DNA from: Paraspadella gotoi
Taxonomy: Eukaryota > Animalia > Chaetognatha
Direction of reading: 5' to 3'
DNA: 64,000 nucleotides
NCBI GenBank assembly: GCA_051294375.1
Contig: CM119263.1
Coordinates: 19,268,625-19,332,624 of the forward strand
Shown: one piece after another, positions 34,289-64,000 of the stretch
Layout of the letters: each line of letters opens with the position of its first letter
How positions within the stretch are numbered: the first letter of the stretch is position 1
The notes under the pieces: generated by a model
What the model saw: the letters and a program-made list of their open reading frames with translations, nothing else
What the model was told of the DNA's origin: nothing
Database searches by the model: none
Program-made: the position numbers and the translations under genes

Positions 34289-34679
34289 NNNNNNNNNNNN
34301 NNNNNNNNNNNNNNNNNNNNNNNNNNNNNNNNNNNNNNNNNNNNNNNNNNNNNNNNNNNNNNNNNNNNNNNNNNNNNNNNNNNNNNNNNNNNNNNNNNNN
34401 NNNNNNNNNNNNNNNNNNNNNNNNNNNNNNNNNNNNNNNNNNNNNNNNNNNNNNNNNNNNNNNNNNNNNNNNNNNNNNNNNNNNNNNNNNNNNNNNNNNN
34501 NNNNNNNNNNNNNNNNNNNNNNNNNNNNNNNNNNNNNNNNNNNNNNNNNNNNNNNNNNNNNNNNNNNNNNNNNNNNNNNNNNNNNNNNNNNNNNNNNNNN
34601 NNNNNNNNNNNNNNNNNNNNNNNNNNNNNNNNNNNNNNNNNNNNNNNNNNNNNNNNNNNNNNNNNNNNNNNNNNNNNNN
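34289..34679. other. Assembly gap (others at 35903-35912, 40549-40573, 49372-49589)
   Basis: Runs of N. Confidence 1.
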
Positions 34680-35478
34680 CGTTCGCGGTTCAACGAACTC
34701 GGGCGTCAGTTTGTCCACTCGCTCCGCACGACGACGAGACGCGCTTTAAAAGCATCTCGCGCATAATTCGATTCTCGCCCTATCGACTTCGCTCGAGGCT
34801 CCGACTTCCATTTCCATTTTCCATTTCCAGTTCCATTTGCTTTGTCCTCGAGTTTGTTTCCACTCGAACCAAGTTGCCAGATGCCAGGACTAATCCGCTG
34901 ATGGCACCTGGAAAGGACGTCGGTTGGATGGAGGGAAGATGGTGTTTGAAATCGGCTTCGTTGGTAAACGTTATCTCTTTCGGACGCGGCAGACGCAGCC
35001 TCCTCAGCAGCTACGACAGCCGCAGCTTCGCAGCATCCGCAGCATACGAAGCAGCTGACGCTTTGATTTTGTCTAAGCCCCACGTCTTCTCCACCTGCAA
35101 CAAACGTTAAAGTCAGGTGCCATCGTCGGCTACAGATGCGACAAGCGGCACAAAGGCTTTTTAAACGAGATTAGACTTCCCTTTTTTTTGTCTTCGTCTC
35201 GGCAGACAGAGTGATCCTCTACTGACATTGTTAGAAAACCGCGACAGAATACGATGCTTATTATCTCGATTATTTCATGACAGATCCATTTACTTATTTA
35301 TTATTTGTAATTTTTCCTTCTCCCATTCGCTTCACCACACATCGTTTCTATTTTCTCCTCTTTTCTTTTAACCCTTTTCTCTTTCTCCCCTTTCATTTCA
35401 TCACCGAATCACCTTTTCGACTTTTAGGTGATAATTTGATTTTCGGTTTCTTCGTCCACTTTTCCCTTTGCCCCCTTT

Positions 35479-35571
<93 letters not shown>

Positions 35572-36181
35572 TTTTCTCTCATTATTTTCCTTTCATTGGT
35601 CACCGGTCATACAGTAGGAGTAAAAAGAGAAAAAAACAATTCAAGAAAAAAAAAGAAGTGAACCTTGGAAAACTCACTCCAAGTGAAGATTTTTTTTTTA
35701 AAAGAGAAAATTGAAATCGTTGTTTTCTCTTTCTCACCGATTAGAAGTTGAGAATCTCGTTAATCATCCTCGACACAAAAAGAATAAAATGAACAATTAT
35801 AACATTAACGACGTGAACGACGACGACGACGACGACGAAGGAGAACGACGACGTCAAAGACGACGAAGACGACGACGACGAAGGAGAACGACGACGTCAA
35901 ATNNNNNNNNNNAGAACGACGACGTCAAGGATGACGAAGACGACGACGAACATGAGACGAACGATGTTTTGGTTTTCTTCTTCGCCTCGGAGAGTTCGCG
36001 CAAACTCAAAACATTCCAACTCTCACTCAATCACAATAAATCTCATTACATCTCCATAAATCGAATCAGGCGAAATCCGTAATTGTGTTCCATCACTCCC
36101 CGTTTGTTTTTTTGTTTTTTTTCATCCGCTTAGTTATGATGAAAAAAAAAGTCATCCAGTCTTCTTCGTGGTTTCTTTCCT

Positions 36182-36217
<36 letters not shown>

Positions 36218-36784
36218 TTTCGTTTTCCTTTCTTTTTTCTTTCTCTCTTTCTTTCTTTCTCTTTTCTCTTCTTTCTCTTTCTTTTCTCTCTTTTCTTTCT
36301 CTTTCTGTCTTTTTTTCTTTCTTTCTTTCTTTCTTCTTTCTTTCTTTTTTTCTTTCTCTTCTTCTTCTTTTCTTTCTGTCTGCTTCTTTCTTTCTTTCTT
36401 TCTGTCTGTCTTTTTTCTTTTTTCTTTTTCTCCCTTACTCTCCCTTCCTCCCTTCTTCCCCACTCCCTTCCATCCTTATTTCTTCCCTCCATCCCATTTT
36501 TTTCTCATACGAACAATGATCACAAAGACTCGACCTCCACTATAACTAAATCCAGGGCACCTCAGTATCTTCGGTGGCGGTAAAAACCAAGAGAGAAAAT
36601 CCAGAAGATGATCGCTTTACACAAACGAAAGAAAAAGTCGATTCCCGGAGCGAAAAACCTCGAAACTGTATCATCCTTTCGCTTTTTGTGTAAACAAGAA
36701 ACTGTAAACAAAAGACGTAAACAAAAACGCGTTGTTTCGTTTCAGCGCCTCATCTGAGACGCGAAGACGATTCCTTTGATGAGT

Positions 36785-36795
36785 GAAACGAAGGA

Positions 36796-36867
<72 letters not shown>

Positions 36868-36871
36868 AATA

Positions 36872-36923
<52 letters not shown>

Positions 36924-36937
36924 CAGAAAGAAAGAAA
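36785..36937. repeat. (AAAG)n microsatellite, one of many AG/AAAG/GAC tracts in the window
   Basis: Directly visible tandem AAAG. Similar (AG)n/(CT)n tracts occur at ~9200, 14052, 18968, 28785, 35480, 45565, 49953, 52292 and 58145. Confidence 0.95.
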
Positions 36938-39087
36938 AAATCGAATCATTCACGAAGACAGACGTCGAAATAAAAAAAAAATTTGAAACGGAAATATGAA
37001 GATTGAAAAAGTATTTTTTCATCGAATTAAGGAAGAAGGGGTTCGTCTCTGGACCGGGGTGGTGGGAGGGTTTTAGATTTGTATTCGCTTTTTCGAAAAA
37101 GAGGGTGTTGGCCTGTCGGCGAAGAAAGGGTGTTGGCTTTCGAGAGTGAAAGGGAGTTGGCTCTTGGGAGGGGAAAAAAAATCCCTCGGCGCATTTTGAG
37201 GGGAAAAGATGATGAAAGCCAAAAGTCGAGGTTTTGAAAACTGATATCAGGTTCGTCCGAGCATCAGCGGTGAAGAATGAAATCAATTAAGTCTCGCCGG
37301 ATCGACTGTCTGCCTCCAATATGGAGAAAGGCAGATTGTGAAGGAGAATTTCTTGGGTCAATCGGGGTGTACTGATTGGTAAGTGCATTGGAATGACAAA
37401 GAAGTCAAGCTGCCAAAAGCCAACAAAGCAACTGCTACTATCGTAATCTAATCGTCTCATTCTTTAGCTCAATTTAAAAATAACAATCCTGACATAAAAA
37501 TATTGGAGAAAACAGAAAATTACGTTTCAATATGCTAATCACTAGCGATGAACAATTACTCGCATTCCAATTCAAGCGTCGACCCCTTAACCAGACGACG
37601 GGCGACTTTTACGATTCTTCACGCTTCGACGTTCACGTGATCGTCGCACCTTCTTCCCCGCCCCCCTCATACCCTATCACCCCCCTCTTTCCGCTTCGAC
37701 CCAAAAACTGTGCGAACGGCGCCGATTGGTTGATTGACTTTTGTTGACAAAACAAACTTTTTCCTCCGATAAACATCCACTTGGACTTCATTCGTCTTCC
37801 ACTTCGACTTCATTCGTCTTCCTCCGATATTATCTCGTTTTTTTTTAGCCTTAAAGTTTCGCTTAATCCGCCTGTCAAAGTGAAGAGTGGGGAAAAGTAG
37901 ACAGGAAAAAAATGAAACCAAATTTGAAAAGATAAAAAAAAGGTGAGTGAGAAACAAAACATAAACAAAAGCCTTTCCAATTCGTTTGCAGAGAAATAAG
38001 CCACCGATATTAATTATACTATAATGAGCATTATAATATGATCATAAAGTGACAGTGAGTGAGGTTTCAAATCAACGAGTTTTTCTTCCATCACAAAAAA
38101 TAACTTTCACATAAAAAAATCAAAGTAAATCACTTCACGAATATCGAAGATTTTCCTCTCATTCACGAAAGTCACAACTTATTGCAACTTGAGAACAGTT
38201 ATCACGTGCGGTATTAGTATAATTTCACGTATAGTATTTGTACTCATTCACACGATGAGGACCGACGAGACTTTGGCTTTTGCGGTCGTAAAAAAAAAAC
38301 AAACAAAAATAACTTTTTTTTCTTCTAAAAAGCAGAGGATGAAGACTGAGGCAGTGAAGGAGTAAAGAGGCAGATGAAACGATTCGAGCTCGGATCAGTT
38401 TTCTCAAAACAAACACCAAACAGAGAATTCGTAAATTTAATAAAGAATCGGCCTTTGCCTTTTTGGTCCCGATCCACCCCTCTCAGGGCCTCTCACGGCC
38501 CCACCACGGCCCTCCCACGGGCGCTACTCCACGGAGGCAGCCTCCGCTCCTCCCCCGACATCCAACTGCTCCCCCAGCTCCCCGTTTGGGCCGTTCGCTC
38601 CTGCAGCTCTGCCTGGGCGACGCCGACGACGATTTTAATACTAAAACCTTTCATTTTTACCTTTACAGTTGAAAGGAGAATAACCTTGTGAACATTTATC
38701 AAAAATTGTTAATACTTAATTTAAAACTTATTTTCTTAACCAAAGTACGAGACTCAGGAATGATTCAATTCCTTCTAATTCAATCAATAGATCTTAACTT
38801 TAACTAATAACTAATAGATCCCAATACTTTCCGTAAACTAGTTATCGTTCACTCAATCGCAATCTCCTTAACCAGTATCACCTACCCAATTAATTCACAA
38901 AAACTTCATCAACAAAGCATATCACCGATACTCCTCCTTGGCGATCACCCCTCCCTTTTCTCACAGATTCGTTTCGCCTTCACTTTTCGCATTCACCCTT
39001 TCGTCAATCATCATCCAGAAGTCCTTCCCTCTCGATCCCCTAGGGTGAGAGACTGAGAGAGAGAGAGAGAGAGAGGAGTGAGAAGAC

Positions 39088-39119
<32 letters not shown>

Positions 39120-40584
39120 TGAGAGAGAGAGAGAGAGAAGAGAGAGAATAGATTTATAGAAAAAACGATTTCTGAAAAAAAATCATTTCGACAGAAAAAG
39201 ATAAAACACCAGAAGTGACGAAATCAAAGCACAGATACAGAAAGGAAAAAAAAATTAAAATCCAAATTAAAAAAAAGAGTTTCCGGGGACAGAAGAATTA
39301 GCTTTGGCGCGAATCGACGCACTTTGGCGCGAACTGGGGCGATTTGGCGCGAAGTTGGCGTGAACCTGGCGAAACTCGTCGAATCCCCGCGAAAGGGTCG
39401 AGCAAGTAGACGAGCAAAGACTGCCTGACAGATGAACGGATGGACAGACAAGCGAAGAGACAGATGAGAATGGAAAAGTAAAGAAAAGCTCCACCCCTAA
39501 ATTTGTTCAGGACAAAAATTGACAAGAGTTTTCAACTGAGAGCCAAGGCTGATCTCGTTTCCTTCTTTCTTTATTTTTTTTCCCTTTTTTTCTTTCTTTT
39601 ATTTTCATCTTCTCTTTTTTTTCTCGAATCAAATTTCAAGAATCTAAGACGAACCTTCGACTTAATTAATTTAATTTGCAGCTCTTATCATTTTTCGTGT
39701 CAAGGATAACAATCGAGATAACTATCGATGCAAAAGGGTTAAAAAGTGAAGGGTTTTTTCAACAATCATCTTTTGCTCGTTTGGTAATAGAAACAATAAG
39801 CGATTGCCCTCCCGTCCCGCAACGAACTTTCACTCTTTTTTCTCTTAATTGCTCGTTGCTTTGAAAAGCAGGTAAAGTGAATTTAACGTCTTCTTCAAAT
39901 GTTTAACTCGACCTTTCACGTTTTTCCAATTAGCTATCTCTTTAGTTGAGCCCCGTTTAATCTTCTTTTGATTCGCAGAAAGTCTTTAGTTTTTACTCCA
40001 TTTCTCAGTCGAACAAAAAGTGAAAAACCTCATCAATGTCTCGTTTTGAAAAAAAAAAAAAACTAATATGTAATTTCCGACCGACGATTTTCATATTTTG
40101 AATCGTTTTCTTTCTTCCAAATAATTTAAATGATTGAAATAGTCATTCGCTGCTCACAACACGTACTTCCGAAACTCATGAGTCAGTACTAATCAGCTTC
40201 GGCGACCGAAATGTCTTTTTTTTTTCTCGATTTTTGTTTTATTTTTGTTTTGAACCAAAAATTTGTTCGACTCTGTTTCTCCAAAATTTTTCTTTCCTCT
40301 TTCCCCTTCTCTCCGGGATCATTTAAAATTCTAACCGAAAAAAAAAAAGAAGAATTTTTTCTTATTTGTTTTCGAACGTTTTTATTCGTTTATTTTATTT
40401 TTTTTGTTTGACGAATTCGAGACAACTGCCTCACTAAACTTATATTTCTTGTCCATAAAGGAATATTTTGTTAAAAACATTTGGCGATCGGACTAAGAAA
40501 AAACAGAGAAAAGAAAGAACGAGAAAATAGAAAAGGGAGAGAGAGACANNNNNNNNNNNNNNNNNNNNNNNNNAGAAGAATAAT

Positions 40585-57384
<16,800 letters not shown>

Positions 57385-57851
57385 TTAATTACTTCATTTA
57401 AAAACTAGTCATAAATATTAATTAATTTGTTAAAATTATACTGTTCACTTTGCTCTTTTGTCTGAGATCAAGTCTGCGCGACCTTTTGTCATTTTTTAAT
57501 ATTTTCTTTCGTCGCGGAACGCGTTTGTTTACTTACCTCTTTGTTTGCTCTTTCGCTGCCTAATCTCGCTGGTGGGTTCTTTTTTTTGTACTTGTTTCGG
57601 TTGTATGTTTATTTGAGTCTTTCGGTCGCTTTTCGTTTATATCGCGTTTGCCTATTTGCTTGGTTTTTTTTCTTTTACTATTTACTTGTTTACTTGCCTT
57701 CCCTTTTCGTATTTCTTTTGGTATTTTCTACTTTCCGACTATCGTTTTTGGCAGCAGTTATTGGAATACGATCTTTATTTTTTTCATATTCAATATTAAA
57801 TATGAAATCTTTTTTTTTTTTCTTTCTTTCTTTCTCTTCTTTCTTTCTTGG

Positions 57852-57903
<52 letters not shown>

Positions 57904-58140
57904 TATTTCTTTCCCACCCATTGTCCGGTGAAAAAACATCCCACTTAACGATTGTCGGCATTCTCTCTTCAGATCATCCATGCGTTTTGTTTTATGATGC
58001 CTTCGTAAAAACGAGCGCGCTTTTTACGAAGTCTGGATAAACCGAAAGACTGTTTTTATAAGTTGATGTTCGCTTTAATCCTTCGGATAATTTGCATCGA
58101 CAAACGATTAGAAATAATTTAGAATAACTTGCGGAGAGAA

Positions 58141-58203
<63 letters not shown>

Positions 58204-58259
58204 GAGAGAAGAGGAGAGAAAGAGAGAAGAGGAAAAAGAAAAAGGAGAGAGAAGAGAAT

Positions 58260-58311
<52 letters not shown>

Positions 58312-58437
58312 CAACCAGCGGTCACGCGAATGCCTGCTATCTCTCAACCCGTCTTCCTGATTTCGTCCCAAAAACGAATTTATGGCCTCAAATTTCTCGT
58401 TTTTTGGTTTGGCATCCATCCACCGCCTTCGTTCTCC

Positions 58438-58505
<68 letters not shown>

Positions 58506-59678
58506 CTGTCAGACGACACTCTCTTTCTCTTCCCTCTCAAATGAGTTTAGCGCCCGGGGGTGGGAAAACGTCTCTTTGCGGAGACAAAGGGCGGGCAAGT
58601 CGAAAACCTCCGCGACTTTCAATTTTATAGTAAAATTTCTCCGTATTTCCAAGTTGTCCGTTATCGCCAAGAAACTGATACAATCGAATAGTCGATGACG
58701 TCGTTTAAACTCTTAACTTCCGGATTTCTCCTTTCCCCCTTACCCCCCCCTCCTCACTCCTCAGCGCTCAGCAACGCAGGAGTTCCTCAACTTCCTCCCT
58801 TATCTCTTTTTCCGTAACAAATCTCTCGTCATTTCGAGTATCGTCTCCTCCGGATTCGAACCTTTTTTACATTTAATGTATTCAGTCTCCCGTCGCCGTC
58901 GCCGCCGCCGCAGCCGCCGCTGCCGTCGCCGCCGACGCCGACGTCTCACGCTTCGGATTTCGCCGTCGGACTCAACATCCTCGTCCGCTTCTCGCCGATG
59001 ATCGAACCGATGAAGAGACACGAAACGTTCGACGAATTCTCATCGATGTCACGAACTGTTTTGTACAATGTGCAATTTGTGCATCTTCAGTCATTGTTAA
59101 ACTGCTTTAAAATTTTTTTTTGCCCGGCACCGACATAAATCTGAGAACTGGAAACCTCACGATTTCTCGAATTCGATTTCGAATTCGAACGGGGGAGGTT
59201 AAACTTTAAAAAAAAGAGCAATAAAACCTATAAAAAAATTATATTTCCCCTTTTTTCACCAAACTGCGTTTCTATTCCCTTCAAATTTTGGTTTTATCGA
59301 CGAATTTATGATCGAGAGGCCCCAGAAGTATAATTCCTACGAAGCTCGAGTTACCAGATTTTATTTTGGAATATTTTGTATTTTCAACAAACTACATTTT
59401 TCTAAATTTCATATTTTTTTTAATTTGGGGAGGTCCTTTGGCTCTTTATAAAGATAATAACTTTGCAGGTGACACTCGAAAAAATTTAAAATTTCCAAAC
59501 TATAATCTTGTTTTTATTCCAGTTTTTTAAAAAATGTTTTAAAGTTAATTTTTTAAAAATTTAAAAATTTAGCCTCACTTACCGAAGTGGGCGAGCGATT
59601 CGAGACTCCGTGACGGCGTCGATGTTTTGGGTGGGGTCGGAGAGATAAGTTTGAGTAAGAAAAGGTAAGTAGATTCTC

Positions 59679-59765
<87 letters not shown>

Positions 59766-60010
59766 GTCTTCGCAGAAAAAACGAGGTCTGTCACTAGTTA
59801 AAGGCGGTCGGGGCGATAAAAACCGGGCCGAACCCTACTTTTTTTGTGCGGTTGGAGACACAAAGACCGGGAATCGAAACCTGACCAGAATGACGTGCAC
59901 GAAGACTCGGGGTACGAAATATCGGGCATCAAAAATCGGGCCGAACCACGAAAAAAATGAATTCTGGTTTTTGTTCGGTTACGGTCATAACGATCTTCTC
60001 GTCAACGACA

Positions 60011-60044
<34 letters not shown>

Positions 60045-60356
60045 ATTCGATGTTATCGATTCTTGCAAGAAAACAAATTCTCATTTACATATTGTATCGG
60101 TAACCGATTGGCGTCGCCTTTCTCGCTTCTTTTGTTCTTTTGTCCGATTATTTTTTCTTAGTTTTCTTTTTTTTTTCATCAATACCCAATATTTTACTCC
60201 ATTTACCGTCTCTTTTATTTTACCTTCTGTTCGTAATGTTTTCCCTGGCATCTTATCTGTGACGGCATCTACAGGAATTCTACGAGACTCAACGTCATAA
60301 AAGGATTTTTGGGTTTCTGAAAAGAACCCGACAGCGCATTCTCCTTCTTATTTCTC

Positions 60357-60417
<61 letters not shown>

Positions 60418-60567
60418 GCGTATCTCTCTTTCTCTTTCTCGCTTTGAATTCATGAGGAAACCGCGAAAATAATATCACACGTTCCTACGAAGCAAAAAAA
60501 AGTTTATTGAGAAAGTTTTTTTCATGACCGTTTTTCATTCAAAGAATCTTTATCGTTGTGAACTCTC

Positions 60568-60620
<53 letters not shown>

Positions 60621-61237
60621 GCCTGCCTCTCCCCCTCGTTTAATCTTTGGTCCTTTTGAAGAGAATATAAATCAAGCATTTATAGTAATGAGTTTTTGTC
60701 GGTTAGTTGGGCGGCGCGCTCGACGTCTCGTGAGTTGTGAATCTTCTTAGTAAAACTTGTAAAGCTTCTTTCTTTCTCGTCCTTTTTTTCTGCATTCGTG
60801 AGTCGGATCGTTTGCGTCAAAATCAATTCGACGTCACTAAATTCAATTTTGAAATATAAACATTTTTTTAAACTTTATTCGTTATTTATTAATTTATCTT
60901 TTTTGGGTAAATTCTTCGATTTTACTCTTGTCAGATTTACACAAAACTGTCTTTTCAATACGCTTTTCTTTTATATTTTTTTTTTCGTCTTTTTTCTTTT
61001 TTTTTTCCTTTTTTTTTTCTCGTTCTCCCCTTTTATCTCTCGTCTGGTTAACATCATTCTTTCATCGTTGTGATTCAGAATCTCGGTTCTCTGAGTTTTC
61101 TCAGTTTTCACTTCAAGTGACTTATATTTCACTCCGTCAAAAACATTCATTCATTTCCTTATTCATTCGTTATTCATCCACTTACCATGTAATTATTCAT
61201 TTAAGATTTAATTTATTCTGTCTGCCATGTCATTATT

Positions 61238-61371
<134 letters not shown>

Positions 61372-61497
61372 TCATTATTTCGTTCATTCTTTCATTATTA
61401 ATGTATTCATTCTATCATTCATTCATTCCTCTCCTTCCATCGTTCAGTCCTTTTCCTCAGGTGATTTCAATCGCTGAATCTTCCGATGCTTTCGTCC

Positions 61498-61530
<33 letters not shown>

Positions 61531-62154
61531 ACTACCTCGACTACTATCGCTTTCAAATTCTCTTGTCAAACATTCAGGATAAAAAGCTGAAAGCCTTCGT
61601 TTGATACCAAAAGATTTTTTTGAATGAAATTAGCCTAAATGTTCTCGTCTTAGGAGGAAAGACCACCCGTAATTTGATGATGGATAGATAACGCTAATGG
61701 GATTAGGGTGGTCTGTGCCAGCTCACGGTCAAGCCATCGCGCTCTCTCTCCTTTCTCTTCAATGAGAATTTAATTTGAGAATGAAAAAAAGAATCTCGAA
61801 TTAAATTTTTTTTTTCTCCAACGGCAGCTTCTATAATTGCGTTATGACTTATGTTTTACTTATCTTGGTTCTGTTGCTATTAATGCTATTAAAGCACTTA
61901 GCAATGGAAGCGGAAAACAGACATTTACTTCTTAGATTTTCTTTTCTTAACTTAAGAAAAATATATAGAAATTAAAATCGTGCTTCTCCTTTGGTCCCGA
62001 AATCTCTCCTCTTCTTCCTCCTATCTCTCTCCTCCTCCTCCTCTTCTCGAACCTCCTCTTCTTCCTCCTCCTCCGCGTCGGACAGGTATGCCCGACTCTC
62101 TTTCTCTCTCTCGCTCTCTGTTCTCTTTTGAGCTCTCTCTCTCTCTACTCTCTC

Positions 62155-62234
<80 letters not shown>

Positions 62235-64000
62235 ATCTTTCTCTCGCCGCTGGGTCCGAACTGACTTTTTTTTTAATTCTCGTCTGCAGCGATTTTCCCT
62301 GTTTCGATCCACGAGTTTTCATCCACAGCCATTCGACTGTCGACGCTTCAAAAACCGGGAAACAGCGCCGCGATCTGTTTTGTTTGTTTTTCCAAAATAA
62401 AAACAACCCATCAAAACCGGAATGTCTCGCTTATACTTTTTTTTTAAATAAAAAAAATCTTATCAACAAATTTAAATTTTATTATGTGATTTATAATTTA
62501 AATTTTGTCGATCGACGAGGGTGGATTAATCCATTAATAGGGCGCCGCGAAATTTTAGATAATAGCACCGATTAGAAAAGAGCCTCTTCAAAAAAAGTCG
62601 ACATCTTTCAACACTCGGGGATTAAAAAACATGGAGCGAATCATCAACGATTTCGTCTCCTTTTTGACATTTTGTCAGTTTTAGTCATTTTCGTCTCCGG
62701 ATCAGCGAAGGACGATGATCTTTCCGACGCCCCGGTCGCCGGTCGCCACTCCCCCCGGGGGTGAAGCTGCCCCCTGCCCCCCTTTGCTCGGTCGGGGCGA
62801 TGGCAACGGTTATCGTAAAACGGAGAGAACAATTTTTTAAAAAATCGTCTTCGTCGTCGTCGTCATCTTTTCCTCTCGCTTCCTCTCTTTTTATGTTTAA
62901 AACCAAAATCGAAAAAAAAACTATGGTCTTTGTCATCATTCTGACATCGTGTCATTTTCCTGTCATCATCCAGGCTTTTCGTTCGCGTCATGTCGTCGGA
63001 ACACAAATCATCGCGACGTAAATATCCGCCCCAAAATTTTGGGGACTTTTGACGACGATGACGACGACGATGAAATGAATGACGACGACAGAGATGAATT
63101 TGCCGTTGATTCAACATTTCAATGGCTCAACGAATCAACAGTGGGCTTCAACGCAACTCGGGGATACTAGTTTTATTATTAAAACGAATAAGAAATAAAT
63201 ATTGTAAAAAACGAGTAAAAAACCAGTAAAAAACGCGGGCTCTGCAAAGACAATAAAAAAAATGCTGAAACCGAGGAATCGTAACGACGAGATCAACAAA
63301 CAAAAAAAAAACATTTAAAAAAATAAATAAATAAAGAGAGAATAAAAACCCGATATCCAAATTCCTCAGCCGTCAGCGCAAACAGCGAAAGAGTCAGCGA
63401 CACCCCCCCCTCTCTCCCTCCACCATCGCGGGGTTGACCTCGCCGGCATTTCCTGTCTCCAAATCGCGGATCGAAACTCGACCGATTGATCGATGCCGAT
63501 TCACTTTTGTTCGCCCAAAAGGTCGGAGGTCACGATCGTTGACCGAAACGATTGTGAACGGCCGCGTTGTAGTCGTCGTCGTCGTCGTCGTCGTCGTAGT
63601 TTGTTTGTTGTTGTTGTTGTTGTTGATCTCGATTCGGAGCTCGTAAAGATCTCGTGGCCAGACCCTGAGTCGTAAAAGGTACGGGGGTGCGGAGTAGGAG
63701 GAAGAGGAAGAGGAGGAGGAAATGAGAGAATGAGGGGTAAGAAAAGATGAATAACAAAGAAAGAGAAAGACTAAATTGCGTCGTAAAATATGTTAACCAT
63801 TGTAAAAAATGTAAAATTGTGTTATTATCTTCTTTTTTACAGACATTAAATCCTAATATAATTAAACAAATTTTAGTCTAATTAATTCTCCTATTACACG
63901 CTATTTTGTATATTTAAAATATATACTAAACTCAAGTGAGACTTCACAGAGTCTCTGAAACAGAAATTACAAAATAAAAATATAACAATAAGATTTATAA

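Noticed and set aside
34158-35110. Long ORFs in the track
   Set aside because: They run through an N gap and are artefacts.
36085-36973. RE/SL/KKER/FFLS-repeat ORFs here and throughout the window
   Set aside because: Translations of AG and AAAG microsatellites.
59868-59882. Minus-strand B-box-like GGTTTCGATTCCC
   Set aside because: No A-box at a suitable distance and no downstream twister or tRNA fold.

Overview
Eukaryotic, intron-rich, AT- and microsatellite-rich DNA, probably from an invertebrate animal, with four assembly gaps. It holds a multi-exon Son of sevenless (SOS) Ras-GEF gene (+, from 3507 or earlier to 23716) and a 5-exon PACRG gene (+, 25983-27196). These are followed by about 37 kb with no recognisable coding sequence, including a ~16.8-kb palindrome (8-kb arms, 200-bp spacer). 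The main finding is in and around the SOS introns: a family of small non-coding retroelements in which a tRNA-derived Pol III promoter (A/B boxes) is fused directly to a circularly permuted (type-P5-like) twister ribozyme fold. One copy is a complete 737-bp LTR element (two 257-bp LTRs, PBS, PPT, 4-bp TSD) with a twister in each LTR, so it could release a 480-nt unit-length RNA able to circularise. There is also a solo LTR and two sequence-divergent tRNA-head plus twister elements whose helices covary. All RNA structures were assigned by eye and need computational and biochemical confirmation.
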